Shown: positions 16,523 to 25,163 of the stretch, in pieces | Layout: each line of letters opens with the position of its first letter | Position numbering within the stretch: position 1 is the stretch's first letter | Assembly (NCBI GenBank): GCA_030619825.1 | Contig: JAUXAS010000005.1 | Location: 1-25,943 of the forward strand | Length of the DNA stretch: 25,943 nt | Reading direction: 5' to 3' | Source: Hadesarchaea archaeon | Lineage (GTDB): Archaea > Hadarchaeota > Hadarchaeia > Hadarchaeales > Hadarchaeaceae | Notes under the pieces: generated by a model | Databases searched by the model: none | Seen by the model: the letters and a program-made list of their open reading frames with translations, nothing else | Told to the model about the DNA's origin: nothing | Made by a program: the position numbers and the translations under genes

Positions 16523-17686
16523 TCATAACTGGAGTTGCAACCCATCATCAAGTGGTTTACCTCTGTCCATGACGAGCTCGTCGTCCACGAAAACCTGTCC
16601 CCGCCGCATATCTTTGATAAGGTCGAGGTGGCTCGAAGCGCGGTTTTTGCCGTGGTAGGCTCCACGGTTGTTGCCTATGGCGATGTGGGCCGTACCAAAA
16701 ATCTTCTCGTCGACGATTATGCTCCCCCCCGTGCAAGCCGCACCCTGATTTGTGCCTATGCCGAACTCCCCGATGCGGTCCTTTTCGCCCGTATTCGCCC
16801 TGAGGAATTTGGTGAAGTTCTCCCTGCCGCGTACCGCTTCATAGCTCACGACCTTGCCCCTCTTGAACTTGAGCTTCAGCCCCTCAAGTTTCCCGAACCC
16901 CGGGATCGCGACCTGTTCAAACAATATCTTTCCATCCGCACTCGTCTCGAGCGGTGCAATGAAGATTTCACCCGCTGGGATATTCACCCCGACATCGCCG
17001 CGCGCGAGATCCCCGCGGGAGATTATGCCATCGTCGACCAGCACCGGGCGACCCTTTATTCTAAAAACTAAATCCGTGCCATCGTCCGCCACTATCCGAA
17101 CCTCATTTTTTCCCGCAAGAGCCGCACGATAAAATTCGCAAAGTTTGAGTAGTTCCCGCGTGAAGGTTTTCCGGATGCTGTTGAAAAAAATCCCTCTAAA
17201 TCGTTTGACCGGACAACCGTAGGCGTGAGCTGCACTTGGGACAGGCCAGCCGAAGTATGCCCACCTCGTTCGCCTCCGATCGGTTATCTCGTGAAGCCTC
17301 TCCCGAATGGGTGCGGTGAGTTTAATTTTTGCCGTGAGCCCCCTTGCCCAATTTGGTTCATCCTCCTCTCCGATGAAGATCAGGACATCCGCTCGTCTCG
17401 CTATGGCCTCCGCGAACGGGCTCATCTCGCGTAGGGACTCTTCGGGAGATAACATGTACTTTAATTTTTGCCTTTTCGAGGAGTAGCCAAGCGAAAGTGT
17501 ATGCGCGCCCACCCGCCAGCATTCTTCCTCAACCTTGAAGGTGAATTTTTCACAGCTCTGATCGGTGCGGTTGTAAACGATTCTAACGGCATCGTGCTTG
17601 CCGCGCCCTTTCCCTATCCTCATCGAACGTCTCACAAAAGCCCTCGCTATATTTCCCATTTCCCTGTCAGATAGCTCCCCTGACAT
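16523..17686 (-). CDS. M29-family (AmpT-like) metallo-aminopeptidase
   Basis: GTDLVF, NIPAGEIFIAP, IGEFGIGTN, DEKIFGTAHIAIG and SSHLDL metal-ligand motifs. Confidence 0.88.
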   Translation of the reverse strand: MSGELSDREMGNIARAFVRRSMRIGKGRGKHDAVRIVYNRTDQSCEKFTFKVEEECWRVGAHTLSLGYSSKRQKLKYMLSPEESLREMSPFAEAIARRADVLIFIGEEDEPNWARGLTAKIKLTAPIRERLHEITDRRRTRWAYFGWPVPSAAHAYGCPVKRFRGIFFNSIRKTFTRELLKLCEFYRAALAGKNEVRIVADDGTDLVFRIKGRPVLVDDGIISRGDLARGDVGVNIPAGEIFIAPLETSADGKILFEQVAIPGFGKLEGLKLKFKRGKVVSYEAVRGRENFTKFLRANTGEKDRIGEFGIGTNQGAACTGGSIIVDEKIFGTAHIAIGNNRGAYHGKNRASSHLDLIKDMRRGQVFVDDELVMDRGKPLDDGLQLQL

Positions 17687-17734
17687 TTGGACACCAATTT
17701 TACTCCTGATTTCTAGGGACTTAAATTCTCAGCT

Positions 17735-17846
17735 CGGTGAAAACGATGGTGTGCTCTCATCGATGCTGGGGTTATTACAGTTATCATCCCCGTAGTGCTC
17801 TCGCCGTCATCGTGATCGGCATGAAGCGTTTCCACCGCAAGTGAGC
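17735..17846. other. intergenic element: multi-stem structure and/or 32-aa small ORF (17746-17844, +)
   Basis: Closing stem CGGTGAAAACG/CGTTTCCACCG encloses three short hairpins. The same bases give a GGTGA SD + ATG ORF MVCSHRCWGYYSYHPRSALAVIVIGMKRFHRK. Confidence 0.3.
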
Positions 17847-17849
17847 GAC

Positions 17850-18584
17850 CTAGCGAATATAACTGGTTTCTTCTTCGATCCCACTCGGCAGCCTGAGCCT
17901 AGGCGGCTTGAACCGAGGAAGAGTCATCGCGTGTTCGTGAAGCTCTTCCAGATCCAGCTCAAACTCCAGTACCCCGCTCAAAGCTTGGAGGACAGATTCC
18001 GTCGCCCTGACATCGAGCAACCCTCCTCGGGTGGCGCCCAGCAGGCAAAACCCACGCATACCTCGCGCCGCAGCCAACCCGGGGAGCAGGCCATTCATCC
18101 CCACTATCATTCCGCTGTCAAGAAGTTGCACCCCGTGCTCGCGGAGAAGTTTAACCGTTTCAACATCTGATGCCGCCCCAACCACCTTCGCCTTTGACTC
18201 TTGAGGGGAAAGTACGTATGCCGCCATCGTGACAACGGTGTCCGCGCCATGCTGCGCCGCAACGTCCAAGATCTCGCCTGTGAGCCTGTACTGCCCCGAT
18301 GGCGAGGCCGCTTGGGCATCGGCGGTGGCGAGCAAGAGATCACGCTTTAACCCATCGGGCTTGCAGTGATAGAGATCTACCTTCAACGTCTTGACCGAAC
18401 CGTTATCCCGAACGACCCACTCGGGAAAGTGCTCAGAATATAACTCGGCAAATTTTTTTGCGCGAAGCTTGTGGGTCAAATACTCAACTGCCAGCTTTCC
18501 TATGTGGGCTATACCTGGCAGGCCAGCGATGAGTATCGGTCGCTTAAGCCTCGGGTGCTTCAGGTAATTCAAACGTGCGGGCAT
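17850..18584 (-). CDS. PAC2-family proteasome assembly chaperone-like protein
   Basis: PILIAGLPGIAHIGKLAVEYL, ELYSEHFP, DAQ, IVGMNGLL and CLLGAT; ends EEETSYIR. Start is ATG 18584 because the upstream extension overlaps the divergent gene. Confidence 0.88.
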   Translation of the reverse strand: MPARLNYLKHPRLKRPILIAGLPGIAHIGKLAVEYLTHKLRAKKFAELYSEHFPEWVVRDNGSVKTLKVDLYHCKPDGLKRDLLLATADAQAASPSGQYRLTGEILDVAAQHGADTVVTMAAYVLSPQESKAKVVGAASDVETVKLLREHGVQLLDSGMIVGMNGLLPGLAAARGMRGFCLLGATRGGLLDVRATESVLQALSGVLEFELDLEELHEHAMTLPRFKPPRLRLPSGIEEETSYIR

Positions 18585-18642
18585 GGTTAGGTGTAAGAGT
18601 GCTTCGCATTTAAGTTTCGCGGGAAGAAGTGGATTTGATCGC

Positions 18643-19623
18643 ATGAAACCAGTACCCGTGGGGGATGGCGAGATTAGAGTGTTGCCGCTCGCCTGCGAGA
18701 GCTTTGGTGTCCGGAGCATGGCCACGCTCGTCGAGACCGATGATGTCAAACTCGTAATCGACCCCGGCTCTGCTCTCGGGCCTCGTTTCAACCTGAGTCC
18801 TCACGAGCGCGAGTACATGGCTCTTGCTCGCTCCCGACAGGAAATTTTGGACGCCGCACGCAACGCTGACGTGCTGACCATAAGCCACTATCACCTCGAC
18901 CACTACGTGCCCAGCTTCGAGGACTGGCTCTGGGTATGGAGTTCACCCGAGCTCGCTGAGCGACTTTACCGAGGAAAGCTCATCCTAGCTAAGGACATGA
19001 GCTCAAACATAAATCTGAGTCAGCGAAAGCGCGGCTACATGTTTCAGAAGCTAAACTCGAAGCTTGCCAAGGAGATCCGCGTCGCTGATGGCAAGAGCTT
19101 CAAGTTCGGCCGCACCACCCTCGAGTTCTCAAAACCCGTATTTCATGGCACCCACGGTTCACAACTTGGATATGTCCTCATGTTAACGGTGCAGACGCCG
19201 GGCTGCTCGTTCATGCACGCCTCAGACGTGCAGGGCCCCATCGACAACGAACCACTTAAGCTCATCTTAAAGCAAAAACCAAATATGCTCTTTATCGGGG
19301 GGCCTCCTTTGTACTTGCGGGATTTCAAGATTGACCGTGAGAGTCTCGCAAAGGCGTGCGAGAACATGGTCAAGATCGTGAGTGAGATGCCGCTGACCAT
19401 CGTGGACCATCACCTCCTGAGGAGTTTAGATTATAATGAGTACTTGAGACCTGTGCATGCCGAGGCCAGACGAAGGAGACATCGTGTACTTTCGGCCTCT
19501 GAATTTGTTGGTCAGGAGCCGAAGCTGCTAGAAGCAAGACGCAAGGAGTTTCACGCGCAGGAGCCCGTGGAGAAGGAGTGGTACGGGCGCCTCAAGCAGG
19601 GTGAATTCAAGGAAGGTTTTTAG
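18643..19623 (+). CDS. UPF0282-family metallo-beta-lactamase-fold hydrolase
   Basis: PLACESFGVRSMATLVE, IDPGSALGPRFNL, ISHYHLDH (HxHxDH), SQRKRG, HASDVQG, GGPPLYL and DHHLLR. Confidence 0.85.
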   Translation: MKPVPVGDGEIRVLPLACESFGVRSMATLVETDDVKLVIDPGSALGPRFNLSPHEREYMALARSRQEILDAARNADVLTISHYHLDHYVPSFEDWLWVWSSPELAERLYRGKLILAKDMSSNINLSQRKRGYMFQKLNSKLAKEIRVADGKSFKFGRTTLEFSKPVFHGTHGSQLGYVLMLTVQTPGCSFMHASDVQGPIDNEPLKLILKQKPNMLFIGGPPLYLRDFKIDRESLAKACENMVKIVSEMPLTIVDHHLLRSLDYNEYLRPVHAEARRRRHRVLSASEFVGQEPKLLEARRKEFHAQEPVEKEWYGRLKQGEFKEGF

Positions 19624-19625
19624 TT

Positions 19626-21476
19626 TCACATTCGCTCTGGCGCGGTTATCCCTATCAAATCGAGCGCATTTCGCAACGCTATCCGAACGCAGTTCACGAG
19701 GCGAAGGCGGGCGGCGCGGAGCTCCGGCACTCCGGCCTCGATCACCGGAGCCGCCTCATAAAATGTGTTGAACGCCAGCGCGAGCTCGGCCGCGTAAAGC
19801 GCTGGCAAGTTCGGCTGCAGCTTCTCGCCTGCCTCGCGCACGATCTCTGGGAACTTCGCGAGCAACTTGATCAGGCGCTCCTCCTCGGACAACTTGAAAA
19901 CATCGCTGGGGTGCTTTCCCCTGCGACGCTTCGCCTTTTTCAAAATGCTGCATGCCCGAGCGTGAGAATACTGCACCGCTGGGCCGCTATTCCGATTGAA
20001 GTTTAACGCCTCCTCCCACTTGAACGTGATGCGCTTCTCCGGGGAGGTACAAACCAATGAATACCGAACCGCCCCCACTCCCACCAGCTCGGCAGCCTCA
20101 CGCTTGAATCTATCACTCGCCTTCGGAGCATGTTCCTCGACCACCACATAGGCGCGGGCTACCGCTTCCTCCACTACATCGTCGACGGAAAAACCAACCC
20201 ATGTGCCCTTGCGCCCGGAGAACCTGCCGCTCGGGAGCCAAACGTGCTCGTAGGCTAGGTGGTGCGAATTCACATGTTCCCGCTCCAGCCCGAGCGCCTT
20301 GAGGGTGGTGAAGACAACCTGCTGGGGAAACCGCTGCTCCGCCCCGACGACGTTGATCACCTTATCGGCTCGGCCAAACTTCGCGCTCGACCTGCCCCTC
20401 TCAGCGGTCGTGTGGGTCTTGGTGCCATCCTGGCGTTTTGAGTGGAATTTAAAAAGCAGTCCCGCCTTCGTCCGCCCGAACTTCCAGAGCTGGTAGGCGA
20501 TGTCGCGCGCTGTATAAACGGCGGTACCATCTGAGCGCACGAGCACTTTATCCTCAATACCAAAATCAGCGAGCCTCAAAATCAGCGTCCCTGCGCGCTC
20601 ACCGGTGCCCTCGACCACGTATGGAGTTGCACGCAGTCGTTCAAGTGTTTCTTTGAGCATCCCCGAGCGCGCAATATCGCTTTCCCACGTGAGCAAATCA
20701 TAGCTTACATCCAGCCGATCGGTCGTCTCGAGGTTCGCCTCAACGCAGCGCTCGGCCAGCTGCCTTGCTCGGCGAACGGGGGCACCCTTGCCGCGCTCAA
20801 GCTGCGCGAGCACGCTTCGCACCTGTTTTTCAAGCTTCGGGCTCCTCCCGAGGCGCTTGTGCATGTCCGCGTAGATCAAACCCAAAACGTGGTCGAACTT
20901 CGCGCGCGGCTTTCGCTTGATCAGCCGGTATGCGAGCAGGGCCTCAGCCACCTGTCGCCCCATGTCATCGATGTAATTCTGCACCTCGACCTCGTGGCCC
21001 AATGCACGTAGGATTCGCGCCATGCTGTCGCCGATAACCGCGTTCCTGCCGTGGCCGATGTGGAGCGGCTTCGTTGGGTTTACGCTCGTGTGCTCGATGA
21101 CGACTTTCTCACCCTTTCCGATGTCGAAACATCCGTACTTGGCGTCAGCCCGCTCGATTGTCCGCAGGGCGAGTTTGGCGAGCTTGGAAATGTCGACGAA
21201 AAAGTTCACATAGCTGCCCGCGACCTCCACCCGCGCGATTAGGCCTGCAGGTTTTATCGCCTTCCCCAGCTCCGCCGCGAGCCACATGGGAGACTTGTGA
21301 AGTGTCTTCGCAAGCTCGAAGCAGATCCTCGTGGCTAGGTCGCCGAGCTTTGGGTCTGGAGGTTCCTCTAGTGTTTCCTCTGGGCTCACCGGCGGCTTCC
21401 AACTGAGCTTGGAAAGCGCGGCCTCAAGCGCGTCGCATACGTCGTGCCTAAATTCACCCCACGGGCTGGCAACCAT
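19626..21476 (-). CDS. argS: arginyl-tRNA synthetase
   Basis: EHTSVNPTKPLHIGHGRN (HIGH), NYIDDMGRQ, RSDGTAVYTARDIAY, FSGRKG, QYSHARACSIL and terminal APERM. ATG 21476 is preferred to TTG 21500. Confidence 0.97.
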   Translation of the reverse strand: MVASPWGEFRHDVCDALEAALSKLSWKPPVSPEETLEEPPDPKLGDLATRICFELAKTLHKSPMWLAAELGKAIKPAGLIARVEVAGSYVNFFVDISKLAKLALRTIERADAKYGCFDIGKGEKVVIEHTSVNPTKPLHIGHGRNAVIGDSMARILRALGHEVEVQNYIDDMGRQVAEALLAYRLIKRKPRAKFDHVLGLIYADMHKRLGRSPKLEKQVRSVLAQLERGKGAPVRRARQLAERCVEANLETTDRLDVSYDLLTWESDIARSGMLKETLERLRATPYVVEGTGERAGTLILRLADFGIEDKVLVRSDGTAVYTARDIAYQLWKFGRTKAGLLFKFHSKRQDGTKTHTTAERGRSSAKFGRADKVINVVGAEQRFPQQVVFTTLKALGLEREHVNSHHLAYEHVWLPSGRFSGRKGTWVGFSVDDVVEEAVARAYVVVEEHAPKASDRFKREAAELVGVGAVRYSLVCTSPEKRITFKWEEALNFNRNSGPAVQYSHARACSILKKAKRRRGKHPSDVFKLSEEERLIKLLAKFPEIVREAGEKLQPNLPALYAAELALAFNTFYEAAPVIEAGVPELRAARLRLVNCVRIALRNALDLIGITAPERM

Positions 21477-21505
21477 AATAATCCAAATCTCCCTTGTCAA
21501 TAGAG

Positions 21506-21526
21506 CTCAATAAGGTTTTTATTGAG
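21506..21526. promoter_or_regulatory. perfect 8-5-8 inverted repeat overlapping the argS promoter
   Basis: CTCAATAA-GGTTT-TTATTGAG; the minus strand reads AAAAACCTTATT about 35 nt upstream of the argS ATG. Confidence 0.5.
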
Positions 21527-21660
21527 AAATAACTAATCAGCGCTCCCGTCTAGCTAACCCTTATCTATTATGGCCTTATGCGCGCCTTCGTCTAAAACTT
21601 GTAAAACTGTCTCGCCAAGCGACACCCCTATCTTAATTAAAAGGAATAGTTGGATGGTCG

Positions 21661-22959
21661 ATGAACTTGGCGCTGCTCCACATCGGCATCGACGACACGG
21701 ACTCGAAAGAGGGCATGTGTACAACCTACGTTGGAGCGGTAGCTATCGACAGCCTAAAATCCCAAGGTGTCAAGCTTGAGGGGTATCCTAAATTAATCAG
21801 ACTCAACCCGAACTGGAAATTAAAAACGAGAGGAAATTGCGCTATCGTTTTTACAACAAAGGTACAAAAGCATCAAATTCCCGTCGTCAAAGAAACCGTT
21901 CTCCGCACCGTTGAAGAGCTAGCCGAACTACACATCAAAACCACAAACCCCGGCGTCGTGTTTTATGAAGGTGAAAGGATCCCCATAAAGCTAAGGAAAT
22001 TCTCAAAGAAGGTTGTGCAAGATATCACAACGATTGATGAGGCTGAATCCTTGGCAGGGGAAATCGGCGCAGAAGTGCACAAGTTCAAGCTCGGGCGTGG
22101 CATCATTGGCGCACTAGCTGCGATCGGCAACACGCTCGAGCACGACTGGACATTCGAGCTCATCGCATATCGCAAGCCTGAAAATCGAGGGACCCCGAGA
22201 AAAGTCGATACCGCTTCGGTCGTTAAGATGAACACTAAAACTTTTCCAAATACATTCGGCAATTTGGACCCTTTCACCGGAGAGATTCGAATCACCCCTC
22301 ACACCCCCTGCCCAATTCTTTACGGTATTCGTGGAGAGGACGCCAAAACCACGCTAGCGGCTCATAAACTCGTAAAATCTTTGGAACCCATCGAGCGCTT
22401 TGTCGTTTACATGACGAACCAGGGCACGGACGAACATCTCAGACAAGCGAAGGTTGCAGAAGTCAAACCCTACTGGTCGGTGATCGTTGGGGGGGAGGTT
22501 TCAAGTGCGCCCAAGATCATCCTGGGGGGCCATGTTATTTTCAGCATGCGCGATAAAACCGGGAAAATCGACTGCGCCGCCTACGAGCCTACCCGCCAGT
22601 TCCGCGATGTTGCAAAGAAGCTTATCATCGGGGATAAGGTTGTCGCATACGGCGGGGTTAAAGAGAAGCCAGAGCTCCCCCTCACCATAAATTTGGAAAA
22701 ACTTTCAATCCTAAAGCTTGTGCCTGTGCTACGAAAGGTCAACCCGACGTGCCCGCGCTGCGGCAAGCGGATGAAGTCCGAAGGGAAAGGCAAGGGATAT
22801 TCGTGCAAACGGTGCAAAATTAAGGTGCCGGCCAGTGCGGCAAAACTTGTGGAGATGCGGAGGGAGATCGAGGTAGGTGCCTTCGAAGTCCCACCCCGTG
22901 CAAGGCGCCACCTAGCTAAACCACTGGTTAGGGTCGCGTACCCAAGGAGGGAATACTGA
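21661..22959 (+). CDS. tiaS: tRNA(Ile2) 2-agmatinylcytidine synthetase
   Basis: IGIDDTDS..GMCTTY, RLNPN..KTRGN, GRGIIGALAAIG, PHTPCPILYGIRG, TNQGTD, AAYEPT, zinc ribbon CPRC/CKRC and RRHLAKP. Confidence 0.95.
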   Translation: MNLALLHIGIDDTDSKEGMCTTYVGAVAIDSLKSQGVKLEGYPKLIRLNPNWKLKTRGNCAIVFTTKVQKHQIPVVKETVLRTVEELAELHIKTTNPGVVFYEGERIPIKLRKFSKKVVQDITTIDEAESLAGEIGAEVHKFKLGRGIIGALAAIGNTLEHDWTFELIAYRKPENRGTPRKVDTASVVKMNTKTFPNTFGNLDPFTGEIRITPHTPCPILYGIRGEDAKTTLAAHKLVKSLEPIERFVVYMTNQGTDEHLRQAKVAEVKPYWSVIVGGEVSSAPKIILGGHVIFSMRDKTGKIDCAAYEPTRQFRDVAKKLIIGDKVVAYGGVKEKPELPLTINLEKLSILKLVPVLRKVNPTCPRCGKRMKSEGKGKGYSCKRCKIKVPASAAKLVEMRREIEVGAFEVPPRARRHLAKPLVRVAYPRREY

Positions 22960-23894
22960 TGAAAAAGCGTGTCGAGCACATCGAGCTCAAACCCGATATG
23001 CGGGTCGACGAACTCGTAGACGCCATGGGGAAGTCGGGTGTCTTCAGTGCTGGCCGAGTTGCGAAAGCCGTCGAGATTTACTGCGAGATGCTCGATGCCG
23101 GGTCGACGATTTTCATGGGTGTGGGAGGTGCAATGGTTCCCGGAGGTCTTCGCCGAGTTCTGACCCAAGCAATCAATGAGGGACTTGTGAATGTCATCGT
23201 TACCACGGGCGCAAACGTCACACATGACCTTATTGAAGCATTCGGTGGCTATCACGCACGAGGCGAGGCCTTGGTGAACGATGCCGAGCTGCGCGAGCGA
23301 GGTATAAGCCGCATCTTCGACGTTTATGTTCCGCAGCAGGTTTTCGAGCTTTTTGAAGATCGAATTCAACCGATGTTTGCCGATGTCACGAAAGAGGGAG
23401 CACGAATGTCATCGGCCGAGCTTTTACGTAGAATAGGATCGCGCCTCGATGATGAAAATTCCTTCGTGAAAGCTGCTGCGGTGAAAGGGGTACCCGTCTT
23501 CTGCCCGGCGGTAGCGGACTCGATTCTCGGGCTCCAAGCGTGGCTCTACTCGCAAGAACATGAGCTGAACATCGATTGTCTGCGAGATGTGCGAGAGGTG
23601 GTCGAGTTAGCGAGCAACGCGAAGGAACCAGGGGCGGTGTTGCTCGGTGGAGGCGTGGCAAAGAACTTCGTCTTCCAAAGCATGCTGCTCACACCCCAAT
23701 CCTTCAAATACGCAATCCAGATTACAATGGACCGCCCAGAGCACGGAGGTCTGAGCGGCGCCACGCTCGAGGAGGCGAAGTCGTGGGGGAAGCTCGCCCC
23801 GGACGCTAAAGCGGTAATGGTGATAGGGGACGTAACAGTCATTTTCCCCCTAGTTGTGGCCTCGGTGCTCAATAAGCGAACTCAAAAGTTGTAG
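22959..23894 (+). CDS. dhs: deoxyhypusine synthase
   Basis: TTGANVTHDLIEA, GISRIFDV, FCPAVADS, LGGGVAKNF and GGLSGATLEEAKSWGK (catalytic Lys region). TGATG overlap with tiaS. Confidence 0.93.
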   Translation: MKKRVEHIELKPDMRVDELVDAMGKSGVFSAGRVAKAVEIYCEMLDAGSTIFMGVGGAMVPGGLRRVLTQAINEGLVNVIVTTGANVTHDLIEAFGGYHARGEALVNDAELRERGISRIFDVYVPQQVFELFEDRIQPMFADVTKEGARMSSAELLRRIGSRLDDENSFVKAAAVKGVPVFCPAVADSILGLQAWLYSQEHELNIDCLRDVREVVELASNAKEPGAVLLGGGVAKNFVFQSMLLTPQSFKYAIQITMDRPEHGGLSGATLEEAKSWGKLAPDAKAVMVIGDVTVIFPLVVASVLNKRTQKL

Positions 23895-24553
23895 CTCTCG
23901 CCCGGCTTCAGCACAACCACTTGCGTCCCGAGCCCCTTCTCCTTAATCGCGTTGACGAAGTCGTCGGCGGACTGAGCGAGCACGGGAAAAGTAAGGTAGT
24001 GCATCGGAAACACAATTTTTGGGAGGATGAGTCTGACTGCCTCCGCCGCTTCTCGAGCGCCCATCGTGTAATAGCCACCAATCGGGATGCAGACGATATC
24101 GGGCTTGTAAATTTGGCCAATCATTCGCATGTCACTGAACAAACCGGTATCCCCCGCGTGATAGATTCGTGCCTTGCCTACATCGAACACGAAGCCCACG
24201 GGCGATCCACGTTCAGCCGAGTGGAAAGCCTGAACCATCGTTATTTTGATACCTTTCACCTCTAGGGTTGCTCCTATATTCATCGCCACAACATTGGTAA
24301 CGCCTTGAGCTTGAGCGTAGGTACCGAGCTCATACACACCGACAAAAGTTGCGCCCGTTCGCTTACAGATATCGATGGCATCCCCAAGGTGATGGCTGTG
24401 ATCATGGGTGACACAAACGATATCGGCCCGCGTGATGTCCGAAGCCTTCACCGCGGCTTTCGGGTTCCCGGTGAAGAATGGGTCAACTAAAATAATTTTC
24501 TTGTCTGCGATTATCTCAAACCCTGAATGCCCGAACCATCGAATGCTCGCCAT
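23882..24553 (-). CDS. UPF0173-family metallo-beta-lactamase-fold hydrolase
   Basis: WFGHSGF, VDPFFTGNP, THDHSHHLGD, AFHS, YHAGDTGLFSDM, PIGGYYTMG and PMHY. Its 3' end overlaps the convergent dhs by 13 nt. Confidence 0.9.
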   Translation of the reverse strand: MASIRWFGHSGFEIIADKKIILVDPFFTGNPKAAVKASDITRADIVCVTHDHSHHLGDAIDICKRTGATFVGVYELGTYAQAQGVTNVVAMNIGATLEVKGIKITMVQAFHSAERGSPVGFVFDVGKARIYHAGDTGLFSDMRMIGQIYKPDIVCIPIGGYYTMGAREAAEAVRLILPKIVFPMHYLTFPVLAQSADDFVNAIKEKGLGTQVVVLKPGESYNF

Positions 24554-24600
24554 TCCTGCCCCCGCCAAAGTTATCAAGCGTCAAAGTTTATAAGTGTTAG

Positions 24601-25161
24601 ATGACCTGCGTGAAAGTCATCGGCGTTGATCTCGTCGGGCGTCCGATGAATCCAAGCGGCTTTGCCCTACTCTCCGACCAAAAAATCAGCATGCGGTTGG
24701 TTTACTCCGACAAAGAAATAGTCGAGTTATGCACGCGTGAACGTCCGGCTTTGATTGCCATCGATGCCCCACTCAGCTTACCAAGGCGCGGTAACCTAAG
24801 AACGGCTGACGGTGAGCTAATCAGACGAGGCCTCCGCGTCTTTCCGCCCACTTTCGCTGGTATGCGATCCCTCACCGAACGAGGGATAAATCTCGCAACT
24901 GATCTTCGAACAAAAAATCTCCAAGTCATAGAAATCCACCCCCGAACCTCGGGTGTGCTCCTTTTCAAAACCCCAGACCGCCGTCGATGGGTGACCAAAC
25001 TCAGGGGAAAGGGGGTGAAGTTGAAAGAGAGCGCGAGCGAACACGAGATCGACGCGGCCATAGCCGCACTTGCAGGTGCACTCTACCTCCAAAAGAAAAC
25101 AGAGGAAGTCGGGGAGGCTGAAGAGGGAACAATCGTTATCCCCCGTCACCAGTTGTTGTAG
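24601..25161 (+). CDS. DUF429-family predicted RNase H-like nuclease
   Basis: IGVDL, IAIDAPLSLP, RTADGEL, IEIHPRT and HEIDAAIAAL acidic motifs. Alternative start GTG 24610. Confidence 0.82.
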   Translation: MTCVKVIGVDLVGRPMNPSGFALLSDQKISMRLVYSDKEIVELCTRERPALIAIDAPLSLPRRGNLRTADGELIRRGLRVFPPTFAGMRSLTERGINLATDLRTKNLQVIEIHPRTSGVLLFKTPDRRRWVTKLRGKGVKLKESASEHEIDAAIAALAGALYLQKKTEEVGEAEEGTIVIPRHQLL

Positions 25162-25163
25162 TT

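Noticed and set aside
18583..18791. Head-to-head overlap of the PAC2 and UPF0282 ORFs
   Set aside because: Artefact of longest-ORF calling; starts at 18584 (-) and 18643 (+) leave a normal 58-bp divergent promoter.
22581..23369. 262-aa minus-strand ORF and similar long antisense ORFs (6346-6933, 9052-9702, 10149-10784)
   Set aside because: Shadows of well-supported genes in GC-rich DNA, with no family motifs.
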